A stretch of 55,777 bases of DNA, filler included, from Circinaria calcarea (lineage: Eukaryota), in NCBI GenBank assembly GCA_051942165.1. It is 5 parts of 5 records of this genome, joined end to end, with 100 filler letters (N's around TTAATTAATTAA, not from the genome) between each part and the next. Parts side by side here need not be neighbours in the genome. Positions count along the whole stretch, not along the records: positions 1 to 11,086 come from JAVECS010000714.1; positions 11,187 to 22,265 come from JAVECS010000715.1; 3 more parts are not named here. One strand, written 5' to 3'. The translations under genes and the position numbers were made by a program. The notes under the pieces are model-generated. The model made no database searches and was not told where the DNA came from. It saw only the letters and a list, made by a program, of their open reading frames with translations. Positions within the stretch are counted from its first letter, which is position 1, and the number at the start of each line of letters is the position of its first letter. Positions 1-12,149 of this stretch are shown in pieces.

Positions 1-1394
1 AGCCCAGGCACACTTAGGAAGAAACCCCCCTCCGCCCCCCATTGGAAAGAAAAAAAGAAAAAAGTTTGAAAATATTACACTATTATGGTTTTTCTGAAAC
101 TGGTATCTATCTCTTTGCTAATAAATCGTCAAAAATCTACAGCCATTACGACAGCCTATTCAAACCAGTGTAAGCATAAACATTCTCCCTCCCTTCATTC
201 CTTCTACCACCCTTTTCTATTACTTCCAGATTTTTTCGCTGACACGGTTCCCCCGCATGTAGTGTTGGCAGCATCATCGACCAACCCAACGGCTACGGGC
301 CCGTGAATGTGTACAATAAACTCGATAAAACAAAAGCGCTCACGAATGCGGATAGTTATATGTACTATGCTCTCGTAAGTGCCGTTCCTATATCCCCCAC
401 CCTTTGGCTCACCCAGCATGCACTTCGTTGCTTTTAGGCTAACATGGGTTTGTATTTTACAGGAGGTTTTGTGGACGGTTATTTGTTATGAAACTGATGG
501 CTTTGCTGCACCCCGCGCGGGCATTGATGATGCGGATCCGGATTGCGGGAAGCAGACTTGTAAGCCTTGATATATCTACTTAAGATTTCGGAAATTACCT
601 CTCTTTTTTGCCTTTTTAGATTATTTGGGGGTTATTTAGAGTTATTTAGGATTTGGGAATTAAATACTATTATAATAAAACGGAGGGCGGGTGATCTTTT
701 GGAGTATCACGTAATGAAGGCGTGCTCTCAAGTGCATAGTATATGTATTTAGTATAAGATGGATGGGATCTAGCCAGAATAGCTGCACAAAGCTAATACA
801 CATAGCCTGTAGGGCGGCGCGGGTCGACCAGCCTGCCGTCAGGGGTGGCCTGAGAAAGGAGGTGCATTTACAGGGAGGGCGTTGTTGTCTTCAAGGGGCT
901 CGACGGTCTATACCGCGATGTATGATAAAGGCTATTGTAATACGATATGACATTATGCGTGTAAAGAGTAAAAAGGCAGCAGAAGAAGAAGTGAAAACCG
1001 TGTGTGACGTGTGGAGAAGAATGCTCGGGGGATCGCTGAGATATGGAGCGAATAGTGCGCCCAATTAGCGTTGTTTCCCTGCCATTTTCTCCAAACGCTC
1101 CAATCATAACATCCGCTTGTTTATGACTAATTTGGCAACGTCTCACTTGCTGTTTTAGCACCTGATATAGGAACGATCTGGGGGCATTAACTAACAGCAT
1201 TCGAACCGCTTTAATGATTGCCTCCAAGCGTTGCTTGAGAATATATCTGATTCCTAGACATATACAGAGGCTGAACAACAAAAGCCAAGTTATATAGTAT
1301 AGGAGATGATATTAATTCCAAAACGGAACACACCAGAAGCAGTTTTAGACTCAGCAGAGCTTAAATAAATCCAAATAAGATCTCCCCTAAGCAG

Positions 1395-2998
1395 TCATAC
1401 AGCATCAAACCCTTTAACTACCGTGCCATTCCCATTTTGCGTCGGCTCTGAAAGATGACCATTCACGCGACCATCTGCCCGGCCTTCTCTCACTGCTGAC
1501 GTTGGCCTTTGATCTAAATGGACTAGCGGAATGTGAGAGGTCGTAGCCGCCGACCCTCGCTGCTCTAGATGTCCGAGCGAGCCATGGCGGGAATAATACC
1601 AATCCGAGGCCGTGCCATCATCACCAGTCTTTGTAAATCGCATTTCGGTATGATTTCTTCTTGGATCCGATCTCAACGATAGTCTCTCCGCAGCGTGGCG
1701 GATTCCAGCCAAAGATAGGTTCCAACCACGCCGGATTTGTTTGGGAAGAGCGTGGGCAGCACGGAAGCTTAGGCTGGGGAGGTTGCAAGCAATGAGACCG
1801 ACGCCAATCTCGACGGCTGGCCACGTTGAGAAGAGAAGGCCAGACCCTATATGCTGGTATCAGCTAGGGAACTAGCCGGAAAAGACTCACAATGAGGAGC
1901 AAAGGGGGTTTTGTCAGCGATGGCTCGCTTGTTAGCTGTTTGGCTCACGTACCTTGGAAAAAGTTTGCCTGGCCTCCAGTTTCTACAACCGTAGGTTTCG
2001 TCAAGTAGACCAGCTGGACAATTGTGTTGCTGAGGCCGGCAACAAAGGCGCTTTCAGATATTAGATCTAGTCATGAGAATAAAACGATGCAAATTCGTCA
2101 CTCACAATCCTCCGAGTAAGAAAATTGTTGCGATTATTAGTTTCCGCGAGAGACTTAATTGCAACCTCCAGACCTATATTGAATCCGCTTGGTCAGTTTT
2201 TGAAACCACATCAATGAATAACGGTAAAGATAGTCACTTACAAAGGGTATTGGCAAAACAAGTAGGAAGAAATCAATAAAAGTGTCCAAGCAAAAAACAC
2301 CCATCTGGATATCGAAACCCCATGGATCGCAAGCGCCCCAGCCACCTTCAAAGTTGGCATGGAGGTTTTTACCGCAATACAAGATCCAGGAGAAAAAGCC
2401 ATACACTATCCAGAGGAAGGAAAGGCCTATTAGAGTCCAGTTGCAGATATTAAAAATTCGACCGATGAAGATACGGCGGTAGAAGAAAAGAATAGAGAGT
2501 TTGATCAGAGCGTTGGAAGCAATCCAGAATATTACTAATGCGCCCGTCACCTAGAACCAAGCGGCATGTCAGTATCGGTTCGATAAGAAGTAGTCGAGCA
2601 AACGTCGAACTGGAATGAACCGAATTGTATTTACTTGCGCAAGAACACGTTGCTGCTCTGTGACAGAATTGGGATCTGTCACTGATTGCTCGACGAAAGC
2701 GTTCTTGAAGACTCCTTGGCGGCACGTTATTCTCGAAAAGCAAAAGTTCAAAACAGTAAGTTACCAGTCAGGAGTGAGGCACAACAGCCCGTTAGGGAAA
2801 GCTGACGAAGAGTTAATCCCGCATCTGCCTTTGTAGTTTCTTGAAACAAACCCATGCAGGCAGGCAAAGCCAATCATCAATTTGCCTCGAGGTCTTTTGG
2901 TGCCAGCGAATGTAAAATCGAAGCGCCACAAGAATTCCGCCGATGACAGGAAAGACAAATCCGATGGCAATAGCACTACTACGTGTTGCTATGCCCAT
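1395..2998 (-). CDS. PTH11-like / fungal rhodopsin-domain integral membrane protein (multi-exon)
   Basis: N-terminal TM followed by 'VALRFYIR...IDDWLCLPAW', then 'LIKLSILFFYRRIF' and 'IDFFLLVLPIP'; GT-AG introns link ORF fragments 2813-2998, 2155-2550 and 1395-1712. The 3' end is approximate. Confidence 0.8.
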
Positions 2999-4315
2999 CT
3001 TAGCGACCTATAAACTTTTCGAAATGAAGACTGGGAGAAAAACAGATGCTAGGTTCTCTAATATAATTGTGGCCAACTTGCGGCGCAGCTTTTTCATCAA
3101 ATGCTAGGGTGAACTACCTACACTACAGCATTCCTTCGCAAGAGTGATACAAGACGCACGCTGAACCTTCCCGTAGTGGTTACCCTGGGTGTGGAGCGCA
3201 AGGATCGCTCGAGTCAAGTAATTCACGCAGCAATGCAGGCAATTCCTAGGCTTACTTTACAGCGCAGTATCAGTGAAATCCGCCAGTAAGAGAATAAATA
3301 CTCAGGTTGGGGCAACCGGTAGAGTTGCACGAATCATGGATGACCACCCCCGGGAGCTGATAATGGCGATCTTGGTATGTTAGCGGCCTGGTAGCTTGGT
3401 CTCACAGCATTTTACCTCGGCGGTTCTAAGCTGAGAAAGATAAAGTATAAGATTGCTAATCGGAGCTACAACTCCTTCAAGACACCTTAGAAGATAGAGG
3501 CACGGGTTATGCATCGTCGCCAATCATAGAGGAAGTCATGATCGGCAAGGAGAGGGCAGAGTGGTGGCGGGAAGGAACATGCTCCTATCCGAGCGGTCCA
3601 CCTTAGGAAAGGCCGGTGAGGCATTTATGCGTGACTTGTGTGTCGGAAAATGGCTTGCTCGGCTAGGAGAAATATAGGGGCCCCCACTTCGCATCGGATA
3701 ACTGCGCTGCCAACGTTACGCTTTTCAAACGTCGTACCACTTCAAATGCTGATGTACGGAGTAAGATTGCATCATTTATCGGGTGATCTTCCACTATCCC
3801 GTGAATCTTAAGGTAATCTGATGTAATTCTGGGCAGACCCGTACTCCCGGCTGAAAGCTAGTAGGCCCATTGAGCCCGATAGTCGGGAACGCCAATCATC
3901 CACGTCTTGAAAAGGGTAACGGCCGGAGAATCGGTTATAAGGCAAAAAGCTTCGCCTCCCTCGTGCAGGATATCTATTCCCGCAGATTTCACTTATCGTA
4001 GATTCTAGCACCGGCCATTTAACTTGAATGACTGGGCTTCGAGGATCTCGAATAATAAAAACTGCGAAGGGATGCGACCCTTCGGATTGGCCGCATTTGG
4101 CCTAGTCTGCTGCTGTTTTCACTGTGTTTCGACTGTGTTTATTTGCCTCAGAAGACTTTACCCGTAATTGTTTGCATAAATATTCAGTGATTCTTTGGCT
4201 CACCGCTCAAAGAATAAATGATGAAGTGTTAAGCACACAGGAACGTCTCTCATCTTTCCACTATCGTGATTCTTCCCGGATAAGAAGCACTTGCCCTAAA
4301 ACCTTTCAAACGGCC

Positions 4316-5839
4316 ATGAAGTGCCTTTCAAACGACTCGAGTGTGGAGAATGTAAAAGAAGAGGCAATGGAGGGCCAGAGTACCGCGGGAGCTGTTGATT
4401 TTGTGTCAGAAGGCCGAAAAATTGACGAGCGAAGTATAGATCTTGAACTAAACGAGCGCAACGCACAAAAGCCACGGAGAAGATATTATATCTTCCCAGC
4501 TTTACCTTCCAACGACCCTGGACCTCCTCCAGACGGCGGATTTACTGCTTGGCTACAAGTGCTGGCCGGCCATCTTATGTGTTTTGTCACATGGGGTCTT
4601 ATCACGAGTTTCGGTGTCTTCCAATCGTATTATGAAGAAACACTCGGACTTGTACCATCTGCTGTCTCGTGGATCGGGACGATACAGATATTCTCCCTTC
4701 TCGTGATCGGTACATTCTCGGGCAGAGCAAGTGACGCGGGCCTTGTGCACGAGGCCGTCTTCGCGGGCACCTTTCTAATTGTCTTTGGCATTTTCATGAC
4801 AAGCTTATCAACTCAGTACTATCAGCTGTTTCTGTCCCAAGGCATGTGTGTAGGGTTGGGCATGGGCATCCTCTATATGCCCGGACTTTCGGTACCTGCA
4901 TCCTATTTCAAGGACAAGAAGTCTCTTGCAGTGGCTATCATTGCTTCTGGAGCCGGGTCGGGAGGCCTCGTCTATCCTGCTATGGGGCAGCAGTTGCTTC
5001 CGCGTATTGGTCCATTCTCCAACTGCCCCAAGCGTCAGAGCGAAGAATGATGCTAATTTGAAGCAGGATTCGGATGGACTCTTCGCTATATGGGGTTCGT
5101 CACGCTCGTCGTTGCTATTGCAATTAACTTGCTCCTCCGTATGCGTGTACCCCCGCGAAGATCAGGACCTATTGTCGACTGGAGAGCATTTACCGAGATA
5201 CCATACATATTTTTTGTCATTGGTTTCTTTCTTATCTATTGGGCAGTGTACTTTGCATTTTACTACGTAAGTACTTTTCAGACTCGACTTTGATATGGAT
5301 CGTGCCACTGACGTAGAGTAAAGATAGACAAGTACGGTCATACGTTTGCCGGTTTCACGTCTGTCGATTCAATCAATATTTTGCTCACCTCCAATGGTCT
5401 GGGTATACCAGGAAGAATTCTACCCGGATTCATCGCATCGCGATGGTGCGGCCCACTCAACACGGCGATCCCAACAGCGACCTTGGTCGCGATCATCTTA
5501 TACTGCTGGATTATCGTTGGAGACTCTCGCAGCGGGCTCTACGTTTTTGCTGCCATTTACGGTCTCGTCGCTTCTGCAATCCAATCTCTCTTTGCGGTCT
5601 CTCTCGCCGCGCTCACGGACGACCTCAGTAAGCTCGGTATCAGGATGGGGATGGTTTTCAGCGTGGTAGCTTTTGCAAGCCTGACTGGAAGCCCCATAGC
5701 CGGAGCACTGATCCAAGCGGACGGTGGGACATATCTTGCGGCGCAAATTTGGGGGGCAACAAGTATGCTTCTAGGTGCAGCGGCTTTGACTATTGCACGG
5801 GTTGGGCGAACGGGTTTGGTCCTGCGGGCTAAGACATAG
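4316..5839 (+). CDS. MFS transporter, monocarboxylate porter (MCT/Mch) family
   Basis: 'PPPDGGFTAWLQVLAGHL...TWGLITSFGVFQSYY' signature and many TM helices over three exons (introns near 5010-5066 and 5267-5322). Confidence 0.9.
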
Positions 5840-6208
5840 GAACGGGTCATGCCAGTGGATAGAGTGACAAGGACTTGGAAACAAATAATTTGAATCAAAG
5901 CATTTCTATTAGTAAAAGAGCCCGATATTCTGTGTCTCCATTCATATCTGTTTCCAAACTCGAAGGAAACACACATTCAACTCGCTTTGATAATTAATGG
6001 GAGAATGTCTTGGATTCAAGCTCTTGTTACTAGGCTATGGCCTCCGGCCCATCGCTCTTTCCCATCAAACCTCAATATACCGTTGTTTTTCCACCATACT
6101 CAGCTTGACTGTAGTAGCTATTAGCTATCGCATAGGAACAGAAGTCGATTACGCTGGTGCCTCGGTGCTCACCTACCTAATTGATGCATGAGGTTTTCTT
6201 GAATAGAC

Positions 6209-6479
6209 CTAGTTCTCAGCATACGAGCTGGCCGCTTTCTCTCCCACTTGAAGCATCGGATCCGTTTCGAAATGGGCTCTCTTGCTACTGTAACCAGCAA
6301 ACGACGATGCCTCCTTCTCCCCAAGTTGCAACATCGGCTTGGTTTCAGAGTCTGGTAACATTGATCAGTTGGGACTGCTGGTATGGGGATCAAGAATCGT
6401 GCTAACTGGCAGGGTGAACCACTGGAGCCGCTGCTGCGCAGGCAGCTAGAAGGGTAACGAGAAACGTAGCGGTGAGCAT
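6209..6479 (-). CDS. Kex2-processed repeat protein (KEP), putative dikaritin RiPP precursor, 71 aa
   Basis: Manual translation: exon 1 6479-6407, intron 6406-6352 (GTTAGC...ACTGAT...CAG), exon 2 6351-6209. Product MLTATFLVTLLAACAAAAPVVHPANSETKPMLQLGEKEASSFAGYSSKRAHFETDPMLQVGEKAASSYAEN*: signal peptide and two imperfect repeats separated by KR. Divergent from a DUF3328 gene. Confidence 0.82.
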
Positions 6480-6585
6480 TTCGACTATGTGAGTACTTGG
6501 AATAGATGATCAATGCAAGAAGATTATGGAGTTGATAGATAAGTGAAGCTTTTCAATTCTTAATTATTTCCGTTCTCAATCACTT

Positions 6586-6592
6586 CTTTATA
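6586..6592 (-). promoter_or_regulatory. Putative TATA box of the KEP precursor gene
   Basis: TATAAAG on the minus strand about 110 nt upstream of the ATG at 6479. Confidence 0.35.
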
Positions 6593-7459
6593 TCGTCTTT
6601 CCCTTTGTGCAAGGCTGAGAGAAGAGGACAATGTGTAGCTGTTCCATCTTTCCCCAAGATATTTCTTCTGGCTCTAAGAGGCCCAAACACGGTAGACTAT
6701 TGGACCAATGTTGCAATAGTATCTAGTGAAGCACTATGACATAAGGACCTAAATGCAAAGGCACCTTTCCAACATGCGAGTTATTTGTCATGCGTTTCTC
6801 GCTTGCGAGGTGGGAGTGCATATCATACCTCCGGCCTATCAGTAAGTAGGACTCTGCCACAGAGCGCAGATCCGTTGGAACACTGAAAATTGCGTGATTT
6901 ATCAAGACTGTATCAGGACTAATCTGCGGATGCTCTACCTTATTGAATACGTCATTCGGTACCAGGTCTGAGAACCTTTTGCTCGATAGAATCTCCTTTT
7001 ATGCCGATCACAGTCCCCGAAGGGATGGGCTGGCTGCCCTTGTACCATTATCCCGGAGTCCGCATTATCAATGTAGAACCGCTGCTTTGTATGTGGTTCG
7101 TGCAATGCAAATTACGTCAATCATAACAATTATATGCGCTTGTTCGTACTGGTTAACCCGCCCAGTCAATATTTAGTAAAGTACCTTTCTAATCGTTTCT
7201 CGGGTTGATATCTTGGATCGACGGGAAGAGTTTGTAACTACTTCAATATCCGTGGCTAAACCAAATAAAAAAAATGGTATTCTTTCTCCGTATGCTCTAT
7301 ACCTGATTGCACCTTGCCTTATCAACTATTTAATCAAAACGTTTTTGAATTAATATTGTACTTCGGTTATATTAAGCACCGCTGGCTACTCTTTATTCTG
7401 TTTTCCAACTTTTGGCTGCTGACTTTCTCGCTTTATTGCAATAGGCAAACTTTTGTGCT

Positions 7460-8474
7460 ATGGTGTCTAACGCAGCTAATTATACTCCGCTACCAAATAA
7501 GAAGGGTTCTGAACAAGAGTACACAGCGGGCGATGAGTCAGAAATTCCATTGATTAACGAGGGTGGTATGTTTTCCGATGAGAAGCGCAGGAATTTAAAA
7601 CGGTACTGGTTCTGGATTGCCTATTTCGGGAGTGTAATAGCTATGTCAGCATTGCTTGTTGAAGTACAGCAAAGTATTCGGAACAACCGACGCGAATGTT
7701 GGGACATGTTTAATTACTATTGTAAGCGCGTCATCGGATTGTTGCTACAGAATATTGAACTGAAAAAGGCTGATATTTACACGCCCGGGCGTGTTTCAAT
7801 AGCTCCTGTTAATAGCGCAGTTACTCCAAACCCTCATGTCCACCGACAATTCAACGGCTCGTTATGGTATCAAAGCCCCTTCAAGGGACCACCAACCCCA
7901 GATGTGGAAAAAGCTTGGTACGATATTATGAAATGTAAGTAAATGGATGTCTGTTCCTTAAAAACCCTTCGATTTCGTTACAGAGATAATTCTTCGCTAA
8001 CTTCACGATGATGGTACAGATGGCCTCATTAGCGTATCCAAGGAGGATATAAACAAAGTGAAACACCCTGACTGGTCGGCGCAGTTCCCACCCGAAGCCG
8101 GCGGCGGCTACATCGCTGCGACGATCGGCTCGCATCAGCTGCACTGCTTGCACTATATCTGGCAGGATCATCATATCGATTACTTTGTGAAAATGCAGGA
8201 CAAAAAGCGACGTGTGCCGGAGCTTTATGAGAGACACTATGAGCACTGCGTGGATTATATTCGGCAGAGCCTTATGTGCCAATTTGATACTGGGATCATC
8301 CCCTATAACTGGGTTCTGGATCACCAAAATCCGACGCCGAATGCAAATACGCATCACAAATGTGTGGACTGGGACGCGCTGCAAGCCTGGCTAGGAAATA
8401 GGACGGTGGAGGTGCCGGAGGGCTTCAAATGGTATCAACCCAAAAATGCCGTGGCCATAGGATATAATCCGTAG
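7460..8474 (+). CDS. UstYa-like / DUF3328 oxidase
   Basis: N-terminal TM anchor, 'SPFKGPPTPDVEKAW', and twin HxxHC motifs 'HQLHCLHYIW' and 'HYEHCVDYIRQSLMC', then 'HKCVDWDAL'. Introns 7722-7802 and 7935-8019. Confidence 0.93.
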
Positions 8475-8818
8475 ACACGTTGAAAATCGAGTTGGCTGAA
8501 CAACGGGACACGCGATAAACTTTTTCAAGCTTTTACACACGGATTTGTACGGAGAATATTTATACAAGAATTGAGGGAAATTTCCTGCTACCCGTTTTTC
8601 TCCCATCGCATTTTTAGATATTTGAAAAAGCGCCAGACTAAGTGTTTCCGTATAGCTTTTATCAGAACTCGGGTTATAAGCAGAGTTAAACCATATTAGG
8701 CTGGCTACATTTTTATGTTGTACTTGAGATTTAATTTCGGAAACACAGTAGAAAACATTTAAGTTAATACTCAGCAAGCTGCGAATAAAGAAAGATGGTA
8801 ATATAATCTCCTGTGAGC

Positions 8819-10300
8819 TTAATGTTTTTTGATCGCAAATCTTCGAATTACTTCATCCTCGGCGAAAAACCTTGTAACTTCCTCCTGTTCATTGATTATA
8901 AATTCGCAGCTTCCGTCTGGCAGCCGCGGCAGCACCACCGGCATTCCGGGGATAAGCCCTCGGGAAGGCAGCCGAAATGCCTCAATCTTCCCTCCCAATG
9001 CCTTCCCAAAGTCGATCTCGTGCATCTCAAACCCGAAATAGCTGACAAGTAGTATACTTCCGATAGACAAGTCCTCTAACACCGACGGTCGAGTGAGTAT
9101 TTCCATGTCCGTCCTCTCGACGAAGGCTAGCAAATCTCGGAACTTGTCCGCCGTGGCGCCATTTACCTCCGCGCGTATCGCGCGCGCTGCGGCCTGGAGC
9201 CCTAAAATCTGCGAGGCGTCGAAGCTATCGGTGGCGGGTACGAGGTGTGGGAAAGCGAGGGAAGCCTTGACCCCGTAGATGGCATTGCCGAAGTATGGCT
9301 CGGGGAGATGGAGACGTGTGCGGCAGTCGATGGCCTGGCTGAAATGAGTGATTATGTGGCCGGAAAGGACGCCGGCACGATGGCGCGCGAACATTATGCT
9401 GCGCCAGATCAGTGCAGCGATGGCGTCATGCGTCGATATGCTGGTAGCTTGATCGGGATACTGGATTCGCTGACCATCTGGCGGATGTGAAATGTTAATG
9501 GCGGCGGAGGCGGACGACGAGGGCGATAATGATGATGCGACCTGTTTTAGGGTACGAAGCGAGTCGCTGCTGATGTGGAAATGTGTGCAGAGAGTCTTCG
9601 TACTAGCGGAGCCGCCATGGAACTTGAGGGGCGATGCAGTCCAGCCTGGATGGTTTTCAATGGTACCGGGAAAGCCGTTCCCCGAAAGCAAGAAGGTGCG
9701 GTCGAATGAATAGGATTGCCTTGGCTTTTTTTCAGGACCGGTGGAGAGGCTCGTGAGCTCACCTATTTGGGCTTTGCGGAGCTTGTCCGCGAACAGTTTC
9801 AGGATATCTGAAATACCACGTCCATCGCAGACTGTGTGGATGATGGAGACAACCAAGAGAAGACCACCTCTGACGAAATTAGCCCGCATGCGGCACACAT
9901 CGATCGGGCCATCTCGGATATAGATAGGTTCGGGGAAGGGGCAGAGCTGTTCTGTGTCCAATAATAATGGGGAGAAGTGAGCTTTACGTAAATTCAGGAA
10001 ATCTATGTCCTGAGAAAGATCTTTAACCTCAAGATATGCAGCACCTTGGGGACGGAGATCGTGTAGCCATGGTTGGTCCTTGGAGAAAAGCACAATGGAA
10101 CCTGCCAGAAAAGGGAGCTCTTCCACTGTAGAATGTAAAGCCGCAAAAAGCAAGTGAACGATATTCTCGTTGTACTCGTTGTTAGTATTCGGCAAGGGAA
10201 AACACAAGACTCTTTTCGAGTACAGGGGCGTCATTCGTTTATCCCAATGGGATAGCTGGAGAGTGAAAGGAGGACAATGAACTGCGAAAACCTTCTCCAT
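8819..10300 (-). CDS. CoA-dependent O-acyltransferase (transferase family, Tri101/BAHD-like)
   Basis: 493-aa intronless ORF with HxxxD motif 'HTVCDG', 'YFGNA' and 'DFGKALG'. Confidence 0.88.
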   Translation of the reverse strand: MEKVFAVHCPPFTLQLSHWDKRMTPLYSKRVLCFPLPNTNNEYNENIVHLLFAALHSTVEELPFLAGSIVLFSKDQPWLHDLRPQGAAYLEVKDLSQDIDFLNLRKAHFSPLLLDTEQLCPFPEPIYIRDGPIDVCRMRANFVRGGLLLVVSIIHTVCDGRGISDILKLFADKLRKAQIGELTSLSTGPEKKPRQSYSFDRTFLLSGNGFPGTIENHPGWTASPLKFHGGSASTKTLCTHFHISSDSLRTLKQVASSLSPSSSASAAINISHPPDGQRIQYPDQATSISTHDAIAALIWRSIMFARHRAGVLSGHIITHFSQAIDCRTRLHLPEPYFGNAIYGVKASLAFPHLVPATDSFDASQILGLQAAARAIRAEVNGATADKFRDLLAFVERTDMEILTRPSVLEDLSIGSILLVSYFGFEMHEIDFGKALGGKIEAFRLPSRGLIPGMPVVLPRLPDGSCEFIINEQEEVTRFFAEDEVIRRFAIKKH

Positions 10301-11086
10301 TATCTAAGCTCGGATCTCGATAGAGCTTTGTTGAGCTTCAAAAATGTAGCGATTTTAAGGCCGAGATGTATAGATAAAGCCCAGCCAAAGCGTTCGAAAT
10401 TCGATAATAAGTATTTATAAAAAGCCGCCAACTCGATACGGTTAAGCTTTGTCGCTCAAAACAAGCGTAGAATAGGGCCCACGATGAAAAGGGAGTTATT
10501 ACATGAATGCCATTATATAGAGGCGAGGAGATTACCCAGTTCCTTTGAATTCATAGTCATAGATAAAGGAATAATGCTTAATTTAGTTAATATAATAATA
10601 TTAACGGTATATACGACATAGAGAGCTACGGACGGGAAATGAATGAAGGCCGAAATCATTATATACCTCTTTTAAGTCATATACTCCCGGGAAGGGTTAT
10701 CTTGTCATTTCATAGGCAATACTCTAGACACTGACGGAGTCTAGAAATACTGAGGTCCCAACCTCCACCCGCGGTATAGTCAGCTGTTCATGCTTCTTGT
10801 TGGACTAACTCGCCAGCCTGTCTCCCTGTGTTCATAAAGCATCGACCCCATCCTCTACCCCATGAAGGCCTCATATGCTCATCCTTCCCCAAATTAGGGC
10901 AAATCCTCTCCATAAGTCCGTGCCATCTCCCACTGCCTAATTTTTATCTCTCCTCTTCGCCTACCCCTTCACCCCTTCCTTCTCACCTCCCTCCGCTACC
11001 CAATCATCCCAACTTCCGCCATACTCACCCACCTTTTCCCACCCCGCCATCCTCGCCATCCCGGCCGCAGCCCTGCTCCTAACTCC

Positions 11087-11186
11087 NNNNNNNNNNNNNN
11101 NNNNNNNNNNNNNNNNNNNNNNNNNNNNNNTTAATTAATTAANNNNNNNNNNNNNNNNNNNNNNNNNNNNNNNNNNNNNNNNNNNN
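11087..11186. other. Artificial contig spacer (N44-TTAATTAATTAA-N44)
   Basis: Six-frame stop linker inside an N run; identical to the other three spacers. Confidence 0.97.
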
Positions 11187-11510
11187 CCGCTCTACCCACC
11201 CCTTCCCCAGAAAACAACCCTGGCCAATACGGCCATATCGATCGCATATAAAAAGCACTTTGCCCTCCCTCAACTTAATCAACTCAAACCATAAATCTCC
11301 CTCACCCTTAAACAATATATCGATTTACACTTAATTCCCCCCCCCCCCTTTCCTTTTGATAAAACGCCTCTGACTAGCCCTGCACCGTAGATGCACCAAC
11401 TACCCCATCATAACCGACGTATAACCAGTTTTCTCGAATTCGAATTCGAATATTTGCCCCGGCAACTCTCTCTCCGCCGTCTTTTTCGCCTCTCGTCTCT
11501 GCTTGCCTGG

Positions 11511-11541
11511 CTGGCACGGCTGGCACGGCTGGCACGGCTGG
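11511..11541 (+). repeat. Tandem 9-mer repeat (CTGGCACGG)x3
   Basis: Directly visible in the sequence. Confidence 0.75.
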
Positions 11542-11723
11542 GTATTTGCGTGAAGGAACACTGGCTGGGTAGAATAGAAAAGGAAGGAATTACGAGAACA
11601 GGGAACGGGTAACTACTAAACTATTGTGGCTTATTCTATATGGTTAAGGCCTATTGGTTGGGGCCGAGAACGCGGGCGGTTGGAAAGAGATGCCGGGTTT
11701 GAGATAAGGTGCAAGGTAGAAGA

Positions 11724-11840
11724 GGGGATGGCGGTAAGATGTTGGCGGCGGGAGGTAGGGTATAAGAGTAAGAGGCTCTACTATAGCGGGGGGGATATGG
11801 CGGTAAGATGGAAGTGGTGGGAGGGTATGGCGGTAAGTGA
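11724..11840 (+). repeat. Dispersed short direct repeats ATGGCGGTAAG x3
   Basis: Three copies in a purine-rich, low-complexity stretch near the contig end. Confidence 0.55.
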
Positions 11841-12149
11841 ATGGGGTGTGGAAGTAAGGAATAGGCATGTTTTCGGGGGTGTAGGAGTAACACGCCGTTC
11901 TGATAAAGATCTTGATAATGTTGACTGCTCTACAAGAACAAGGCAGATGCATCATGCGTTTCTGGGGACGTTTTGGTTCATCTCTCCATTCTGCAGCGCC
12001 ATCACCCAGTCCTTCCATATCCGACAAGTCATGAGGTTCGAGGTAGTTTCAAAAAGAGGGGACAACATAATCTTTGCTGATAGCAGAAAAACCTCTCACT
12101 AATCCAGTGATCCAGGGTAAAGCCTGCGAGTCTCCTCCGAACCGATAGG

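Noticed and set aside
1..1300. Short ORFs at the window start (e.g. 868-1281)
   Set aside because: AT/TpA-rich degenerate sequence with no recognisable domain; possibly a decayed relic but unsupported.
6169..6513. 114-aa and 74-aa ORFs in the supplied track
   Set aside because: They are wrong-frame or antisense shadows of the spliced KEP gene.
11131..11142. TTAATTAATTAA palindrome repeated about every 11 kb
   Set aside because: It is an assembly linker embedded in N runs, not biological sequence.
11626..12102. ORFs with repeated 'MAVR' or 'SYRH' peptides as a possible repeat precursor
   Set aside because: No signal peptide or Kex2 sites; they derive from low-complexity DNA repeats near a contig end.
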